A stretch of DNA of 64,000 nucleotides from an uncultured Candidatus Saccharibacteria bacterium (lineage in GTDB: Bacteria; Patescibacteriota; Minisyncoccia; Phycocordibacterales; UBA12088), in assembly GCA_964411375.1 (NCBI GenBank), contig CAYPKR010000002.1, positions 894 to 64,893 on the forward strand, in the 5' to 3' direction. Positions within the stretch are counted from its first letter, which is position 1. Every line of letters begins with the position of its first letter. Shown here piece by piece: positions 39,165 through 49,561 of this stretch. The position numbers were made by a program, and so were the translations under genes. The notes under the pieces were generated by a model that did not search any database, was not told the origin of the DNA, and saw only the letters and a program-made list of their open reading frames with translations.

Positions 39165-40211
39165 ATGAATACGGACAAAGTAACCTTGACGTTCAAACCA
39201 AAGCAGGTCACCAAGCGCCTCATCTCGGTCCTCCCTCCACGTGCCCGCGAAGTACTCGAGGGTCGCTATGGACTTGGAAATGACGCTGAACGCATCACTC
39301 TCGAAGGTATCGGTGGTACCTATGGAATCACTCGTGAGCGTGTTCGCCAGATCGAAAACTACGCGCTTGCCTCAATTCGCAAGTCTCCGGTATTTAAGGC
39401 AGAAAAAGCCGTCTTCGACGAACTTGAAAAAGGAATTGATGAACTCGGCGGTATCGTTTCTGAAGAGGAATTCCTCGAAATGGCAGCAAAAGATCAGAGC
39501 ACAAAAAATCATGTGCACTTCCTTTTAGTTCTTGGCGATCCCTTTACCAAGATGAAAGAAGATGAAGAATTTCAGCACCGCTGGTTCATCGATCCAAAAC
39601 TTGCTGACAAGATTCATGAGTCACTTCGTGCACTCTACAAGGATATTTCTGATAATGATCTCATTCCTGAATCCGAACTCATCAATCGCTTCTTGAATGA
39701 AGTCGAAGATTTGAACGAAAAGTATAAGAATGAAGAAATCGCACGTCGCTGGCTCGGTCTTTCGAAGACACTCGGCAAAAATCCACTCGGGGAGTGGGGA
39801 CGCACTTCTTCTCCGAATGTCCGTGTAAAAGGTATGCGCGATTACGCATACTTGGTTATCAAGCGACATGGCTCTCCAATGCATTTCCGCGAAGTTGCAA
39901 AAGCAATTACGACTGTTTTCAACAAGAAAGCACACGAAGCAACGACGCATAACGAACTCATCAAAGACAAGCGCTTTGTCCTCGTTGGACGCGGACTCTA
40001 CGCACTTGCTGAATGGGGCTATACCAACGGTGTGGTAAAAGATGTTATCGCATCAGTTCTCAAAAAGTATGGTCCGCTCTCACGTGAAGACATCATCGAA
40101 AAGGTTCGCAACGAGCGATATGTCAAAAACAACACGATTGTTGTAAATCTTCAGGACACTAAAGTATTTAAGCGAAATAAAGCGGGACTCTATACGCTTG
40201 CGCGGGCATAA
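39165..40211 (+). CDS. Sigma-70 region 4 HTH fused to HARE-HTH (RNAP delta-like) domains
   Basis: TLEGIGGTYGITRERVRQIE; PMHFREV..FVLVGRGLYALAEW. Confidence 0.8.
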   Translation: MNTDKVTLTFKPKQVTKRLISVLPPRAREVLEGRYGLGNDAERITLEGIGGTYGITRERVRQIENYALASIRKSPVFKAEKAVFDELEKGIDELGGIVSEEEFLEMAAKDQSTKNHVHFLLVLGDPFTKMKEDEEFQHRWFIDPKLADKIHESLRALYKDISDNDLIPESELINRFLNEVEDLNEKYKNEEIARRWLGLSKTLGKNPLGEWGRTSSPNVRVKGMRDYAYLVIKRHGSPMHFREVAKAITTVFNKKAHEATTHNELIKDKRFVLVGRGLYALAEWGYTNGVVKDVIASVLKKYGPLSREDIIEKVRNERYVKNNTIVVNLQDTKVFKRNKAGLYTLARA

Positions 40212-40295
40212 CAGTGCTTCAAGACTTCAAATAGTTTGCTACAATGAGAGGTAATCCCTCTCATTGTTTGCATATAGCAAACGTATAGAACAAAC

Positions 40296-41621
40296 GTGCC
40301 TGAAGTAATTGAAAAATTTGGGGAATATCTTGAAAAAACCGGCGCCTTTCCGTACGTCGTTGCCGCTCTCTTTACCCTATGGGGAATATTTGCGGTTCAA
40401 AATCATTCAACCCTAACCGCACTGACGCAAGCGCTCCAAGCGATGTACCGCTTTGCGCCGCTGTGGCTTCCACCAATTGCGATCATGTACGCGTATACAC
40501 TCTGGATGCGCTATATACAGTGGTTTGAATACGTACATCGTCCTAAAACAATTCTCGAGATAAAACTTCCGACTGACATCACGCAGTCACCTCGTGCAAT
40601 GGAAGTGATTTTGAATGTTATGTATCACACGGATGAATCTTCCAACGAGTTGGATAAATATTGGAAGGGAAAAACAGCGCCGTGGTTTTCTCTTGAAATA
40701 GCGTCTCTCGAAGGTAAGGTGCATTTTTATATTTGGATGCGCGCAAACTACAAAAATATCGTGGAGTCGCAACTCTACGCGCATTATCCTGATATTGAAG
40801 TTCGTGAAGTTCCTGATTACACGACTGAAGTTGGATATGATCAAAAAACGATGAAACTTTGGGGGATTGAGCAGCGAAAACAAAATCCTGATCCGTTTCC
40901 AATTCTCACCTATGTCGATTTTGGTTTGGACAAAGATCCAAAAGAAGAATTTAAAATTGACCCAATCCATTCCATCCTTGAATTTTTAGGTTCTATGGGA
41001 AAGGGAGAATACTGTTTTATTCAAATTGGAATCAGATCTCATTCAAAGAGATATCGGGATGAGAAAACTGGCGACTACAAATTCTGGAGCTCGATTGTTG
41101 ATCGCGAGGTTGCAAAAATCGTGTCAAAAACGGCTGATGCGAATGGGAAAGTAAATCCAATGGCTTTGACCGAAGGCGACAAAAATAAAATCCAAGCGAT
41201 GCAACGCAACGCGACAAAGAAGCCCTTTGATACTTCGATGCGCATCATCTACATCGATAAGCAAGAAACTGAACACGCGAACCGCAATAACGGAATTCCA
41301 ACAATGTTTCGCTCATTTGAACATGCGTCCGAAGGAATGGGGTACAACGGATTTAAACCGCAGTTCGTTACTGGCTACAACTACAAACTCCGCGACTGGA
41401 CGGGAAGCAGAACCCGCGCAAATCAACGACATTTATGGCACGAATATCGCACACGCTCTTTCTTCTTTTGGCCTGCAAAACATCGCCACCACAACGTGTT
41501 TGTCATGAGTGCAGAAGAACTTGCAACGGTCTATCATTTTCCTGGTCGAGCCGCAGCGACGCCGGGACTGGAGCGCATTACTTCGAGACGAGCTACTGCA
41601 CCTGCTAATTTGCCGATATAG
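40296..41621 (+). CDS. Conserved CPR-type membrane-anchored hypothetical protein
   Basis: LEIKLP, WFSLEIAS, QLYAHYPDIEV, EELATVYHFP, APANLP. Confidence 0.75.
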   Translation: MPEVIEKFGEYLEKTGAFPYVVAALFTLWGIFAVQNHSTLTALTQALQAMYRFAPLWLPPIAIMYAYTLWMRYIQWFEYVHRPKTILEIKLPTDITQSPRAMEVILNVMYHTDESSNELDKYWKGKTAPWFSLEIASLEGKVHFYIWMRANYKNIVESQLYAHYPDIEVREVPDYTTEVGYDQKTMKLWGIEQRKQNPDPFPILTYVDFGLDKDPKEEFKIDPIHSILEFLGSMGKGEYCFIQIGIRSHSKRYRDEKTGDYKFWSSIVDREVAKIVSKTADANGKVNPMALTEGDKNKIQAMQRNATKKPFDTSMRIIYIDKQETEHANRNNGIPTMFRSFEHASEGMGYNGFKPQFVTGYNYKLRDWTGSRTRANQRHLWHEYRTRSFFFWPAKHRHHNVFVMSAEELATVYHFPGRAAATPGLERITSRRATAPANLPI

Positions 41622-41623
41622 TC

Positions 41624-42586
41624 ATGCGCGCTCATTCATTTCTTGAAAAAAGTATCCTGATTGTTTTGTTCTTACTCATTCTTGGCGGACTGTACGCGGT
41701 TCGTCCCGGAGAAACGTTTCCCCACTTTGGGAGCCAAGTAACGGTTATCCGTATTACTGAAGGACAAACCTTGATGGATGCCGCAACAACTCTGAAGACG
41801 GAGCATGTTATTCGATTCAGACTTCCAGCGGCAGTACTTCTCAAACTTTTCGGAGGAGAGCGAGGACTTAAGGCGGGCGCATATGTCATTCAACCAACAA
41901 CACTCCCGATCATCGCATTGTGGCAAATGGCGCACGGGTCATTCGGTGTTGATCCAATTAAAGTAACCATTCCTGAAGGAGCGACATCCTACGAAATCGC
42001 AGAGATACTCAAGAATAAATTTATAGACTTTGATGAGCAAAAATTTGCGAGCCTTGCAAAAGAGCAGGAAGGATTTTTGTTTCCTGATACCTATTTCTTC
42101 CTCCCAACTGCAACCGAAGGTGAAATAATTGTTGCGATGCAAGAAAATTTTAAACGCCACATCGATTCGGTCAGTGTGCAGTTGTCGAGTTCAGGTAAAT
42201 CTCTTCGCGAACTGGTGATTATCGCATCTCTTCTCGAAAAAGAAGCGCGCACGACTGAATCCCGCGAAGCAATCGCAGGTATCATCGACAATCGGCTCAA
42301 GATAAATATGCCACTCCAAATTGATGCAGTATTTGGCTATATCAAAGAAACGAATACGTTCAGCCCGACCTTGACCGATCTTGCGACCGACTCGCCGTAC
42401 AATTTGTATCGAAATAAAGGCTTACCGCCCGGCCCCATCGCAAATCCTGGACTCGCGTCGCTTCTTGCCGCTGCAAGCTCGACCAAATCAAATTATCTCT
42501 ACTACCTAACCGGTCATGACGGAAAAATGTATTACGCAAAAACATTTGACCAGCATGTTGCGAATCGAAGAGCATACTTGTATTAA
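41624..42586 (+). CDS. mltG: Endolytic transglycosylase MltG
   Basis: EGFLFPDTY, ASLLEKE, LQIDA, SPYNLY..GLPPGPIANPG. Confidence 0.95.
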   Translation: MRAHSFLEKSILIVLFLLILGGLYAVRPGETFPHFGSQVTVIRITEGQTLMDAATTLKTEHVIRFRLPAAVLLKLFGGERGLKAGAYVIQPTTLPIIALWQMAHGSFGVDPIKVTIPEGATSYEIAEILKNKFIDFDEQKFASLAKEQEGFLFPDTYFFLPTATEGEIIVAMQENFKRHIDSVSVQLSSSGKSLRELVIIASLLEKEARTTESREAIAGIIDNRLKINMPLQIDAVFGYIKETNTFSPTLTDLATDSPYNLYRNKGLPPGPIANPGLASLLAAASSTKSNYLYYLTGHDGKMYYAKTFDQHVANRRAYLY

Positions 42587-42642
42587 CAATTGAAAATAGA
42601 TTAATGAATTACGGCTCGAGGTTTCTCCCGAGCCGTGGATCA

Positions 42643-42840
42643 TTATCGCCCTTTTCGTATCATTCTAATTTTTGGTCTCATACCATAAGTAGCGGAGACT
42701 CCGCGATTTCTTTTACGTGCCTCTATTCGCCACCGCCGCAGAGTTTGAGGGGAAAATTTTCCATTCTCCAAATGCGGGGCGAGTGATGCCAGAAACAAAA
42801 CGAGCTCGACTGTGAATTGGTGAGGAAAAAGCTTAGTCAT
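42643..42840 (-). CDS. Small basic orphan ORF
   Basis: GGGGAG SD; hairpin downstream at ~42611-42638. Confidence 0.4.
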   Translation of the reverse strand: MTKLFPHQFTVELVLFLASLAPHLENGKFSPQTLRRWRIEARKRNRGVSATYGMRPKIRMIRKGR

Positions 42841-42901
42841 TACAAGCTCCCCAGGCTGAATTACCTTGCGCTATCTTCGACATTCCCATACATTGAAAGC
42901 G

Positions 42902-43984
42902 ATGTCAAAAGGATTGGTATATCTCGGTATGTCGGGCGGCGTTGATTCATCCGTCTCTGCCGCACTACTCAAAGAACAGGGCTATGAAGTCGTGGGCGTT
43001 TTCATCACGGTATGGCAGCCAGATTTTATTGTATGTACCGCGTCCGCTGATCGACTCGATGCAATCCGTGTTTGTTCGCTACTTGATATTCCATTCAAAG
43101 ATCTTGATTTGACCGATGTGTACAAACGAGAAGTGGTAGATTACATGATTTCTGAATATGCAAAGGGGAGGACGCCAAATCCCGACGTGCTTTGTAATCG
43201 AGAAGTAAAGTTCGGTGCATTTTTTGAGTGGGCACTTCAGGAACATGCGGATTTTGTCGCAACCGGACACTACGCGCAGGTTTCAAAAGACGGTGACGCC
43301 TTTGAACTCCGTATGAGCGCTGATGCAAAAAAAGATCAAAGCTACTTTTTGTGGACGTTACATCAGAAGCATCTTTCAAAAACACTGTTTCCAGTTGGTG
43401 GAATGGAAAAAAGCGAAGTGCGAAAGCATGCAGAACGTTTCAAACTTCCAACTGCATCAAAAAAAGATAGCCAAGGACTTTGTTTTATCGGGAAGTTTGA
43501 TTTCAAAGAATTTCTTGGACACTTCCTTACTTCAGAGCCGGGTACAGTTCTTGATACCCATGGAAACGAAATCGGTACCCATAGCGGTGCGATCTTTTAT
43601 ACACTTGGAGAGCGTCACGGATTTACCGTGACCAAACAATCACCCGGCCAAAAACCGCTCTATATCGTCTCAAAAGATATTCCCGCAAATACCATCACTG
43701 TTTCTGAACGCATTCCCGATACTCCGTCAGAATTTGCTATTACAACAATTGAACTTTCCGGGTGCTCGTGGACCGGTAATTCTCCGAAAGAGGGTGAACA
43801 ATTTCTCGGTAGATTTCGCTATCGCCAAGCGCTCATTCCACTAACTATCTCAAAAGTTTTTGAAGAAAATGCGACCATTTCTTTTGAAAAACCAATCGAA
43901 TATGTACCAGAAGGGCAGTCACTGGTTCTCTATGAAGGTGATCAGCTCGTGGGGGGAGGAATAATCGCATCCACCAGTCTGTAG
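42902..43984 (+). CDS. mnmA: tRNA 2-thiouridine synthase MnmA
   Basis: SGGVDS, TPNPDVLCN, ATGHY, KDQSYFL, GLCF. Confidence 0.97.
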   Translation: MSKGLVYLGMSGGVDSSVSAALLKEQGYEVVGVFITVWQPDFIVCTASADRLDAIRVCSLLDIPFKDLDLTDVYKREVVDYMISEYAKGRTPNPDVLCNREVKFGAFFEWALQEHADFVATGHYAQVSKDGDAFELRMSADAKKDQSYFLWTLHQKHLSKTLFPVGGMEKSEVRKHAERFKLPTASKKDSQGLCFIGKFDFKEFLGHFLTSEPGTVLDTHGNEIGTHSGAIFYTLGERHGFTVTKQSPGQKPLYIVSKDIPANTITVSERIPDTPSEFAITTIELSGCSWTGNSPKEGEQFLGRFRYRQALIPLTISKVFEENATISFEKPIEYVPEGQSLVLYEGDQLVGGGIIASTSL

Positions 43985-44032
43985 GGATTGCTGATTTGCA
44001 GTCTGTAGGGAGCGCGCCGTATACTAGGCGGT

Positions 44033-44503
44033 ATGAATGCAAAAAACGCACCCTTTCTTATCATTATAATCATCGGGATTGCGGGATTCATGTTCTGGCT
44101 GTATGCGCCAACATTCAAAAGTGGAATGCAGGCGACAACACTTGGCGCTGATCTTCCGGCAAACGCACTCGATCAATTACCACCTCCACCTCCTCCGCCA
44201 CCACCTCCACCTGGTATGGCAGCAATCACTGCAACAGATTCCTATGCAGATGGCACGCACACTGTTTCGGGAGTTGTCACCAAACCAAACGCCTGCGATA
44301 CGCTTGTCACCGCAGTTACGGTTGATAAGTCGAAGCCGCCAGTTGTTTCCGTAACACTGAAAACTACCCCTGCAAGCGGCACATGCACAAAGACTGACGC
44401 CACTGAAAAGTTTTCGCTCTCATTCCAGGCACCAACTGATGCCGTCATAAAAGGAACAGTTAACGGTAGTGTCTTCGATATTACTTCCGGAGTAGACGAG
44501 TAG
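44033..44503 (+). CDS. Membrane-anchored protein with poly-Pro linker
   Basis: TM, P11 run (44180-44212), Cys pair in a beta-rich domain. Confidence 0.75.
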   Translation: MNAKNAPFLIIIIIGIAGFMFWLYAPTFKSGMQATTLGADLPANALDQLPPPPPPPPPPPGMAAITATDSYADGTHTVSGVVTKPNACDTLVTAVTVDKSKPPVVSVTLKTTPASGTCTKTDATEKFSLSFQAPTDAVIKGTVNGSVFDITSGVDE

Positions 44504-44504
44504 C

Positions 44505-45353
44505 ATGGCAGAAAATCTTCTGGTAACTAAAGCGGACGGTACGCAAGAGCCGTTTCGTGTCGATAAATTGCGCTTCTCCCTGAATCGTTCTGGGGTGAGT
44601 GAGAAGTCAGTTGATGCGATTATTCGAGAACTCGAACCAATTTTTTGGAGCGGTATATCAACCGAAGAAATTTATCGTCGGGCATTTGCGCTTTTGAAGC
44701 GTCAGGAACGTTTTGCAGCGAGCCGTTACTCACTCCGCAGAGCCCTATTTGGATTTGGTCCAACTGGATTTCCGTTTGAAGATTTTGTTGCAGAAATTTT
44801 CAAGGCGAAAGGGTATCACACCGCAACGCGCATAATGCTCAAGGGTAAATGTGTGGAACACGAAGTCGACATGCTTGCGACCGGAAATGGACGAAGTATC
44901 GCGGCAGAACTTAAATTTCACAACGACATCGGGTACAAGTCCGATGTGAAAATCGCGCTCTATGTGCACGCGCGTTTTGTGGACATCATGGAAGCCGCAC
45001 GTCATCAGAATGAATCTTCGCCCGTTACTGAAAGTTGGCTGATTACGAATACAAAATTCACTTCACAAGCGATCCAGTACGGAACCTGCGCGGGACTTAC
45101 TATGGTTGGATGGAGTTATCCGGATAAGGGAAATCTTCAAGATTTGATTGAAGAATCCGGCATTCATCCGCTCACCTGCCTAACATCTCTCTCAAAATCT
45201 GAAAAAATGCAGCTTCTCTCAAAAGACATCGTGCTTTGTAAATCGCTTCCCGATAATCCCGATTTGCTCCGAAATCTCGGTATGCCGGAGCAGAAAATTG
45301 CAAAGGTACTTGAGGAGAGTACTCTCTTGTGTCAACCAGGGGCTGCGCGGTAA
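44505..45353 (+). CDS. ATP-cone plus Mrr-like PD-(D/E)XK nuclease fusion
   Basis: VTKADGTQEPFRVDKL ATP cone; FEDFVAEIF..EVDMLA..AELKFH..LITNTKFT. Confidence 0.82.
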   Translation: MAENLLVTKADGTQEPFRVDKLRFSLNRSGVSEKSVDAIIRELEPIFWSGISTEEIYRRAFALLKRQERFAASRYSLRRALFGFGPTGFPFEDFVAEIFKAKGYHTATRIMLKGKCVEHEVDMLATGNGRSIAAELKFHNDIGYKSDVKIALYVHARFVDIMEAARHQNESSPVTESWLITNTKFTSQAIQYGTCAGLTMVGWSYPDKGNLQDLIEESGIHPLTCLTSLSKSEKMQLLSKDIVLCKSLPDNPDLLRNLGMPEQKIAKVLEESTLLCQPGAAR

Positions 45354-45383
45354 AATAATCTCATTACCGAATAAGCGTTCCGT

Positions 45384-45962
45384 ATGGACACACAAGGATC
45401 GACGATTGCAGTTATTGACACGGACGCGTCATGGGGAATGACGGTCAAAGTTTTGGTCGGATTTCTTATTGGACTTCTCGTTGGAATCGGCGGTACATGG
45501 CTTGTCACTCGTAACCATGGAGCTTCTGATGAAACAATAAACGGAGCAACCTCGACTCCAGTAACTGGAACAATAACCGGCGGAACAACCTCAGGTTCTG
45601 GCTCGGTCACGAGTAGTGGCGGAAGCTCACTTGTTCCAAATGGAGATTTTTCCGTTGTTGATCAGAGCGCAGGAATGACGGTCGCGATTGATAAAGTTGC
45701 ATTCGGACAGGGCGGTGGATGGGTTGTCGTGCATGAAGATGATAATGGCGGACTCGGTCATGTACTTGGTGCTGCGTGGTTCGCGGAGGGTTCATGGAAC
45801 GGCACCGTAGAACTTCTCCGTGGTACTGAAGCCGGCAAAACCTACCATGCAGTTCTCTACGGAGATGCTGGATCGGACAAACAATTCTCTCTCGCAGATG
45901 ACAAGCCGCTTCTCTCTCAAGTAGACCAGAAGATGGTAGAGCAAACATTTACCGCAAAATAA
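45384..45962 (+). CDS. Membrane-anchored hypothetical protein
   Basis: TM, Thr/Gly/Ser linker, GGWVVVH motif. Confidence 0.7.
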   Translation: MDTQGSTIAVIDTDASWGMTVKVLVGFLIGLLVGIGGTWLVTRNHGASDETINGATSTPVTGTITGGTTSGSGSVTSSGGSSLVPNGDFSVVDQSAGMTVAIDKVAFGQGGGWVVVHEDDNGGLGHVLGAAWFAEGSWNGTVELLRGTEAGKTYHAVLYGDAGSDKQFSLADDKPLLSQVDQKMVEQTFTAK

Positions 45963-45965
45963 ACT

Positions 45966-46454
45966 ATGGTTGAAAATTTCATTACAGCAACCGACATTAC
46001 CGTCTGTTTGCAATTGGTTGTTGCAATGATTCTTGGTCTGATTCTCGGAGGCGAACGCACTCTTGCTGGAAAAAATGCCGGCATGCGAACCCACGCGTTC
46101 GTCTCCATGGCGTCGACACTTTTTGTCGCAAGTGCACTCCTTATTGTCGGAAGCACCGATGCCGGAATTCATTACGACCCACTCCACGTCGTCTCCGGTA
46201 TCATCACCGGCATCGGTTTCATTGGAGCTGGAACAATTCTCTTTCGACATTCGACGCTTGAAGGGCTGACTACTGCCGCAGGACTTTGGGTCACTGCGGC
46301 AATCGGCGTTTCGGTTGGTTTTGGTTTTTATATTATTGCGATTTTCGCAACACTCATGACACTCTTCGTCTTCCGCGCCGTTTGGTTTGCGGAACATCGC
46401 CTCAAAATGTGGCACGAAGAAGGCGCCGAATCACCGGTGTCTGATCAGATGTAG
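45966..46454 (+). CDS. MgtC/SapB family protein
   Basis: AGMRTH, GIGFIGAGTI, GLTTAAGLW. Confidence 0.92.
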   Translation: MVENFITATDITVCLQLVVAMILGLILGGERTLAGKNAGMRTHAFVSMASTLFVASALLIVGSTDAGIHYDPLHVVSGIITGIGFIGAGTILFRHSTLEGLTTAAGLWVTAAIGVSVGFGFYIIAIFATLMTLFVFRAVWFAEHRLKMWHEEGAESPVSDQM

Positions 46455-46496
46455 GAATTTGGTGCAGCAATTTTTCTCGCGGGGTATACTACGCGA

Positions 46497-47282
46497 ATGG
46501 AAAAAGCGAAAGGGCCACGAAATGCTGACTGGAACTACGGTGGAACAAAATGGCGCCTATCGCGTTCGAAGATTGACGTGTTCATGGAATGCCAGCGCTG
46601 TTTCTATCTCGACAATAAACTTGGCATTGCTCGTCCGCGCGGCCCATCCTTTACTCTGAACACCGCCGTTGATGCACTCCTCAAAAAGGAATTTGATATT
46701 CACCGCGGAAATAAAACTCCGCATCAGTTTATGATTGAAAATGGAGTGGATGCGATCCCATTCGCACACAAAGATCTCGATATTTGGCGTGAAAATTTTA
46801 AAGGAGTTGCATACACCGACCCAGAAACGAGAATGGTTGTCTGTGGAGCGATTGACGATGTCTGGGTGAATTCAAAAGGAGAAATTATTATTGCTGACTA
46901 CAAAGCAACTTCTAAAGAAGAGGGTCCGTCGACCGTTGATGATCTCTATCCGTCATACAAAAGACAGATGGAAGTGTATCAATGGCTGTTTCGGAAAAAC
47001 GGATTCACCGTTTCTTCGACTGCATATTTTGTCTATGTGAATGGAAAATCAGACGTCGATCTATTCGATGCAAAACTTGAGTTTGATGTAGTTCTCATTC
47101 CGTACACCGGTGACGACAAATGGGTTTCTTCTGCCCTCACCAATATTAAAAAGGTACTCGACTCAAATGATATTCCACCAGTCGGTACTGGATTTGGAGG
47201 CGGAGCATGTGAATTTTGTACCTATCGAGATTTAGCAGGTAATGCATTTAAAAATCATGTCAAAAAAGTCAAAACAAAATAA
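46497..47282 (+). CDS. Solo Cas4/RecB-like PD-(D/E)XK nuclease
   Basis: CQRC, GAIDD..IADYKAT, QMEVY, CEFC. Confidence 0.85.
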   Translation: MEKAKGPRNADWNYGGTKWRLSRSKIDVFMECQRCFYLDNKLGIARPRGPSFTLNTAVDALLKKEFDIHRGNKTPHQFMIENGVDAIPFAHKDLDIWRENFKGVAYTDPETRMVVCGAIDDVWVNSKGEIIIADYKATSKEEGPSTVDDLYPSYKRQMEVYQWLFRKNGFTVSSTAYFVYVNGKSDVDLFDAKLEFDVVLIPYTGDDKWVSSALTNIKKVLDSNDIPPVGTGFGGGACEFCTYRDLAGNAFKNHVKKVKTK

Positions 47283-47544
47283 AAAAGAAGTATTCGCCGA
47301 CAAGGTTCGCAAAGTCGTTGCTAAAATTCCAAAAGGAAAAGTAATGACCTACGCAGAAGTTGCAAAGAAGGCAGGAAGTCCGGGCGCTTCGCGCGCAGTC
47401 GGGAGTATCATGGCGAAAAATTTTGATCCAAAAATTCCGTGTCACCGTGTGATCCGCTCTGATGGTAAAATCGGCAATTACAACCGCGGCGGCAGTGAGG
47501 TAAAGAGAAAACTCCTAATCAAGGAAGGCGCGCTCAAAGCATAA
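47257..47544 (+). CDS. Minimal O6-alkylguanine alkyltransferase (MGMT domain)
   Basis: IPKGKVMTY, RAVG, PCHRV. Confidence 0.9.
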   Translation: MSKKSKQNKKEVFADKVRKVVAKIPKGKVMTYAEVAKKAGSPGASRAVGSIMAKNFDPKIPCHRVIRSDGKIGNYNRGGSEVKRKLLIKEGALKA

Positions 47545-47583
47545 ATCGCCAAAGCAAGATATTTGTGATATTTTCGAGAAACT

Positions 47584-49551
47584 ATGGCGACAAAAAAACA
47601 CCAAGGTCCGACACTTAAAGACATTGATTCAAAAGTACGTCCACAAGATGATTTTTACGCCTACTCGGTAGGGAGGTGGCTTAAAAATAATCCAATTCCA
47701 AAGACCGAAGCGGTATGGGGTTCTTTTCATATTCTTCGTGAAAACGGCAGAGAACAGCTTCATGCCATCGCAAAAGATTTAGAAAAAAATAAAAAAGTAG
47801 CACGAGGAACTCCGGAGCAATTGGTGCGAGATTTGTGGATTTCGTTTATGGATGAAAAAGGACGAGAAAAGCGAAAAGCATCTCCGCTTGTTCCGATTTT
47901 CAAAAAAATAAATTCACTGAACGAAAAAACAAATTTTGCGAAATTCCTTGGCGAGATGCACAAAGACGGAATTGGAGGTTTGTGGAATATCTATGTCGGA
48001 CCGGACGACAAGAAAAGCACTGAAAATATACTGCATGTTTTTCAAGGTGGTATTTCTCTTCCTGACCGGGATTATTACACCAAGCAAGATCCCGATTCGA
48101 TAAAAATTAGAAGTGCGTACGTCAAACACGGCGAGAAAATGTTCTCACTTCTTGGCTATGGCAAAAAGGATGCGGCATATGCAATGCAGATAGTGCTTCA
48201 GATTGAAACAGGACTCGCCGAAGCATCGATGACTGCGGTTGAGAGACGGGATGTCGAAGCGCAGTACAACAAGCGAACGCCGCAAAAGCTTACCAGTGAA
48301 GCACCATTTGATTGGAGACAGTATTTCAAAGCAGTCGGTATTAAAAATGTATCGAATCTTATTGTTGCACAGCCAGTATTTATGCGTCGTGCGGCAGAAA
48401 TGATCAAAACTCTTTCGCCAGAAGAGTGGAAAGTATATTTCAAATGGCATGCACTCTCCGAATACGCGCCTTTCTTGAACAAAGCATTCGTCACCGAGCA
48501 ATTTAATTTTTATGGCAGGGTGTTGTCGGGAAGAAAAGAAATCCAACCTCTCTGGAAGCGAGGAGTTTCACTCATTGATCACTCCCTCGGAGATGCACTC
48601 GGCAAACTGTACGTTCTCAAACATTTTGACAAAGTTGCCGAAAAGAAAATAAACGTACTTGTCGATAATCTGTTCAGTACATACCGTTCTCGAATTCAAA
48701 AACTTGATTGGATGAGCGCAGATACAAAAAAGAAAGCGCTCGTAAAGCTCTCGGAAATAAATCGAAAGCTTGGTCATCAGAAAAAATGGAAGACGTACAA
48801 AGGAGTACGGATAACTTCCAACAATTTGATCGCAAATTTGGAAGCAATTCATCGATATGAATTTAAGCGTATGCTTGCAAAAATCGGAAAAGCGCCCGAT
48901 AAGGCGGAATGGCTTATGACACCACCAACCGTAAATGCCTACTACTGGCCAAACATGAATGAGATCGTGTTTCCTGCAGGAATTATGCAGCCACCTTTCT
49001 TTGATCCGAATGCACCGGATGCTATAAATTACGGCGCGATCGGTTCTGTTATCGGACACGAACTTACTCACGGCTTCGATGATCAAGGAAAACAATTTGA
49101 CGGAAAAGGAAATTTCAAGGAATGGTGGACAAAGGCTGATTCAGAAAAGTTTACAAAGAAAACCGAAGTGTTGATACAGCAGTACGATGCATTTATCGCG
49201 ACTGATTCAATGCACGTAAATGGAAAACTAACGCTTGGGGAAAACATCGCGGACCTCGGCGGTGTGGTAATTGCATTCGAAGCAATGCAGAGAGCGTTTG
49301 AAGGGAAGAAACAAGAATTAGTACAAGGATTTACGCCAGAGCAGCTTTTCTTCATTGGATATGCGATAACAGAAGCTTCGCATATGCGCCCTGAATCGCT
49401 TAAAAAACAAGTAATCACTGATCCACATTCACCTTCTCGGTTCCGTGTAAATGGACCACTTGCTCATTCTGAAGAATTTTATGCCACATTCGGGGTTAAG
49501 AAAGGCGACAAGCTGTATCGGGAACCTGCGGACAGAGTAAAAATCTGGTAA
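47584..49551 (+). CDS. pepO: M13 (neprilysin/PepO) metallopeptidase
   Basis: VNAYY, HELTHGFD, GENIAD, DPHSP. Confidence 0.93.
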   Translation: MATKKHQGPTLKDIDSKVRPQDDFYAYSVGRWLKNNPIPKTEAVWGSFHILRENGREQLHAIAKDLEKNKKVARGTPEQLVRDLWISFMDEKGREKRKASPLVPIFKKINSLNEKTNFAKFLGEMHKDGIGGLWNIYVGPDDKKSTENILHVFQGGISLPDRDYYTKQDPDSIKIRSAYVKHGEKMFSLLGYGKKDAAYAMQIVLQIETGLAEASMTAVERRDVEAQYNKRTPQKLTSEAPFDWRQYFKAVGIKNVSNLIVAQPVFMRRAAEMIKTLSPEEWKVYFKWHALSEYAPFLNKAFVTEQFNFYGRVLSGRKEIQPLWKRGVSLIDHSLGDALGKLYVLKHFDKVAEKKINVLVDNLFSTYRSRIQKLDWMSADTKKKALVKLSEINRKLGHQKKWKTYKGVRITSNNLIANLEAIHRYEFKRMLAKIGKAPDKAEWLMTPPTVNAYYWPNMNEIVFPAGIMQPPFFDPNAPDAINYGAIGSVIGHELTHGFDDQGKQFDGKGNFKEWWTKADSEKFTKKTEVLIQQYDAFIATDSMHVNGKLTLGENIADLGGVVIAFEAMQRAFEGKKQELVQGFTPEQLFFIGYAITEASHMRPESLKKQVITDPHSPSRFRVNGPLAHSEEFYATFGVKKGDKLYREPADRVKIW

Positions 49552-49561
49552 AGTTTCGACT

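Noticed and set aside
44180-44212. Poly-Pro run as a phase-variable repeat
   Set aside because: Mixed CCN codons indicate a protein-level linker rather than a slippage tract
46497-47282. CRISPR-Cas locus
   Set aside because: No repeat-spacer array or other cas genes seen in the window
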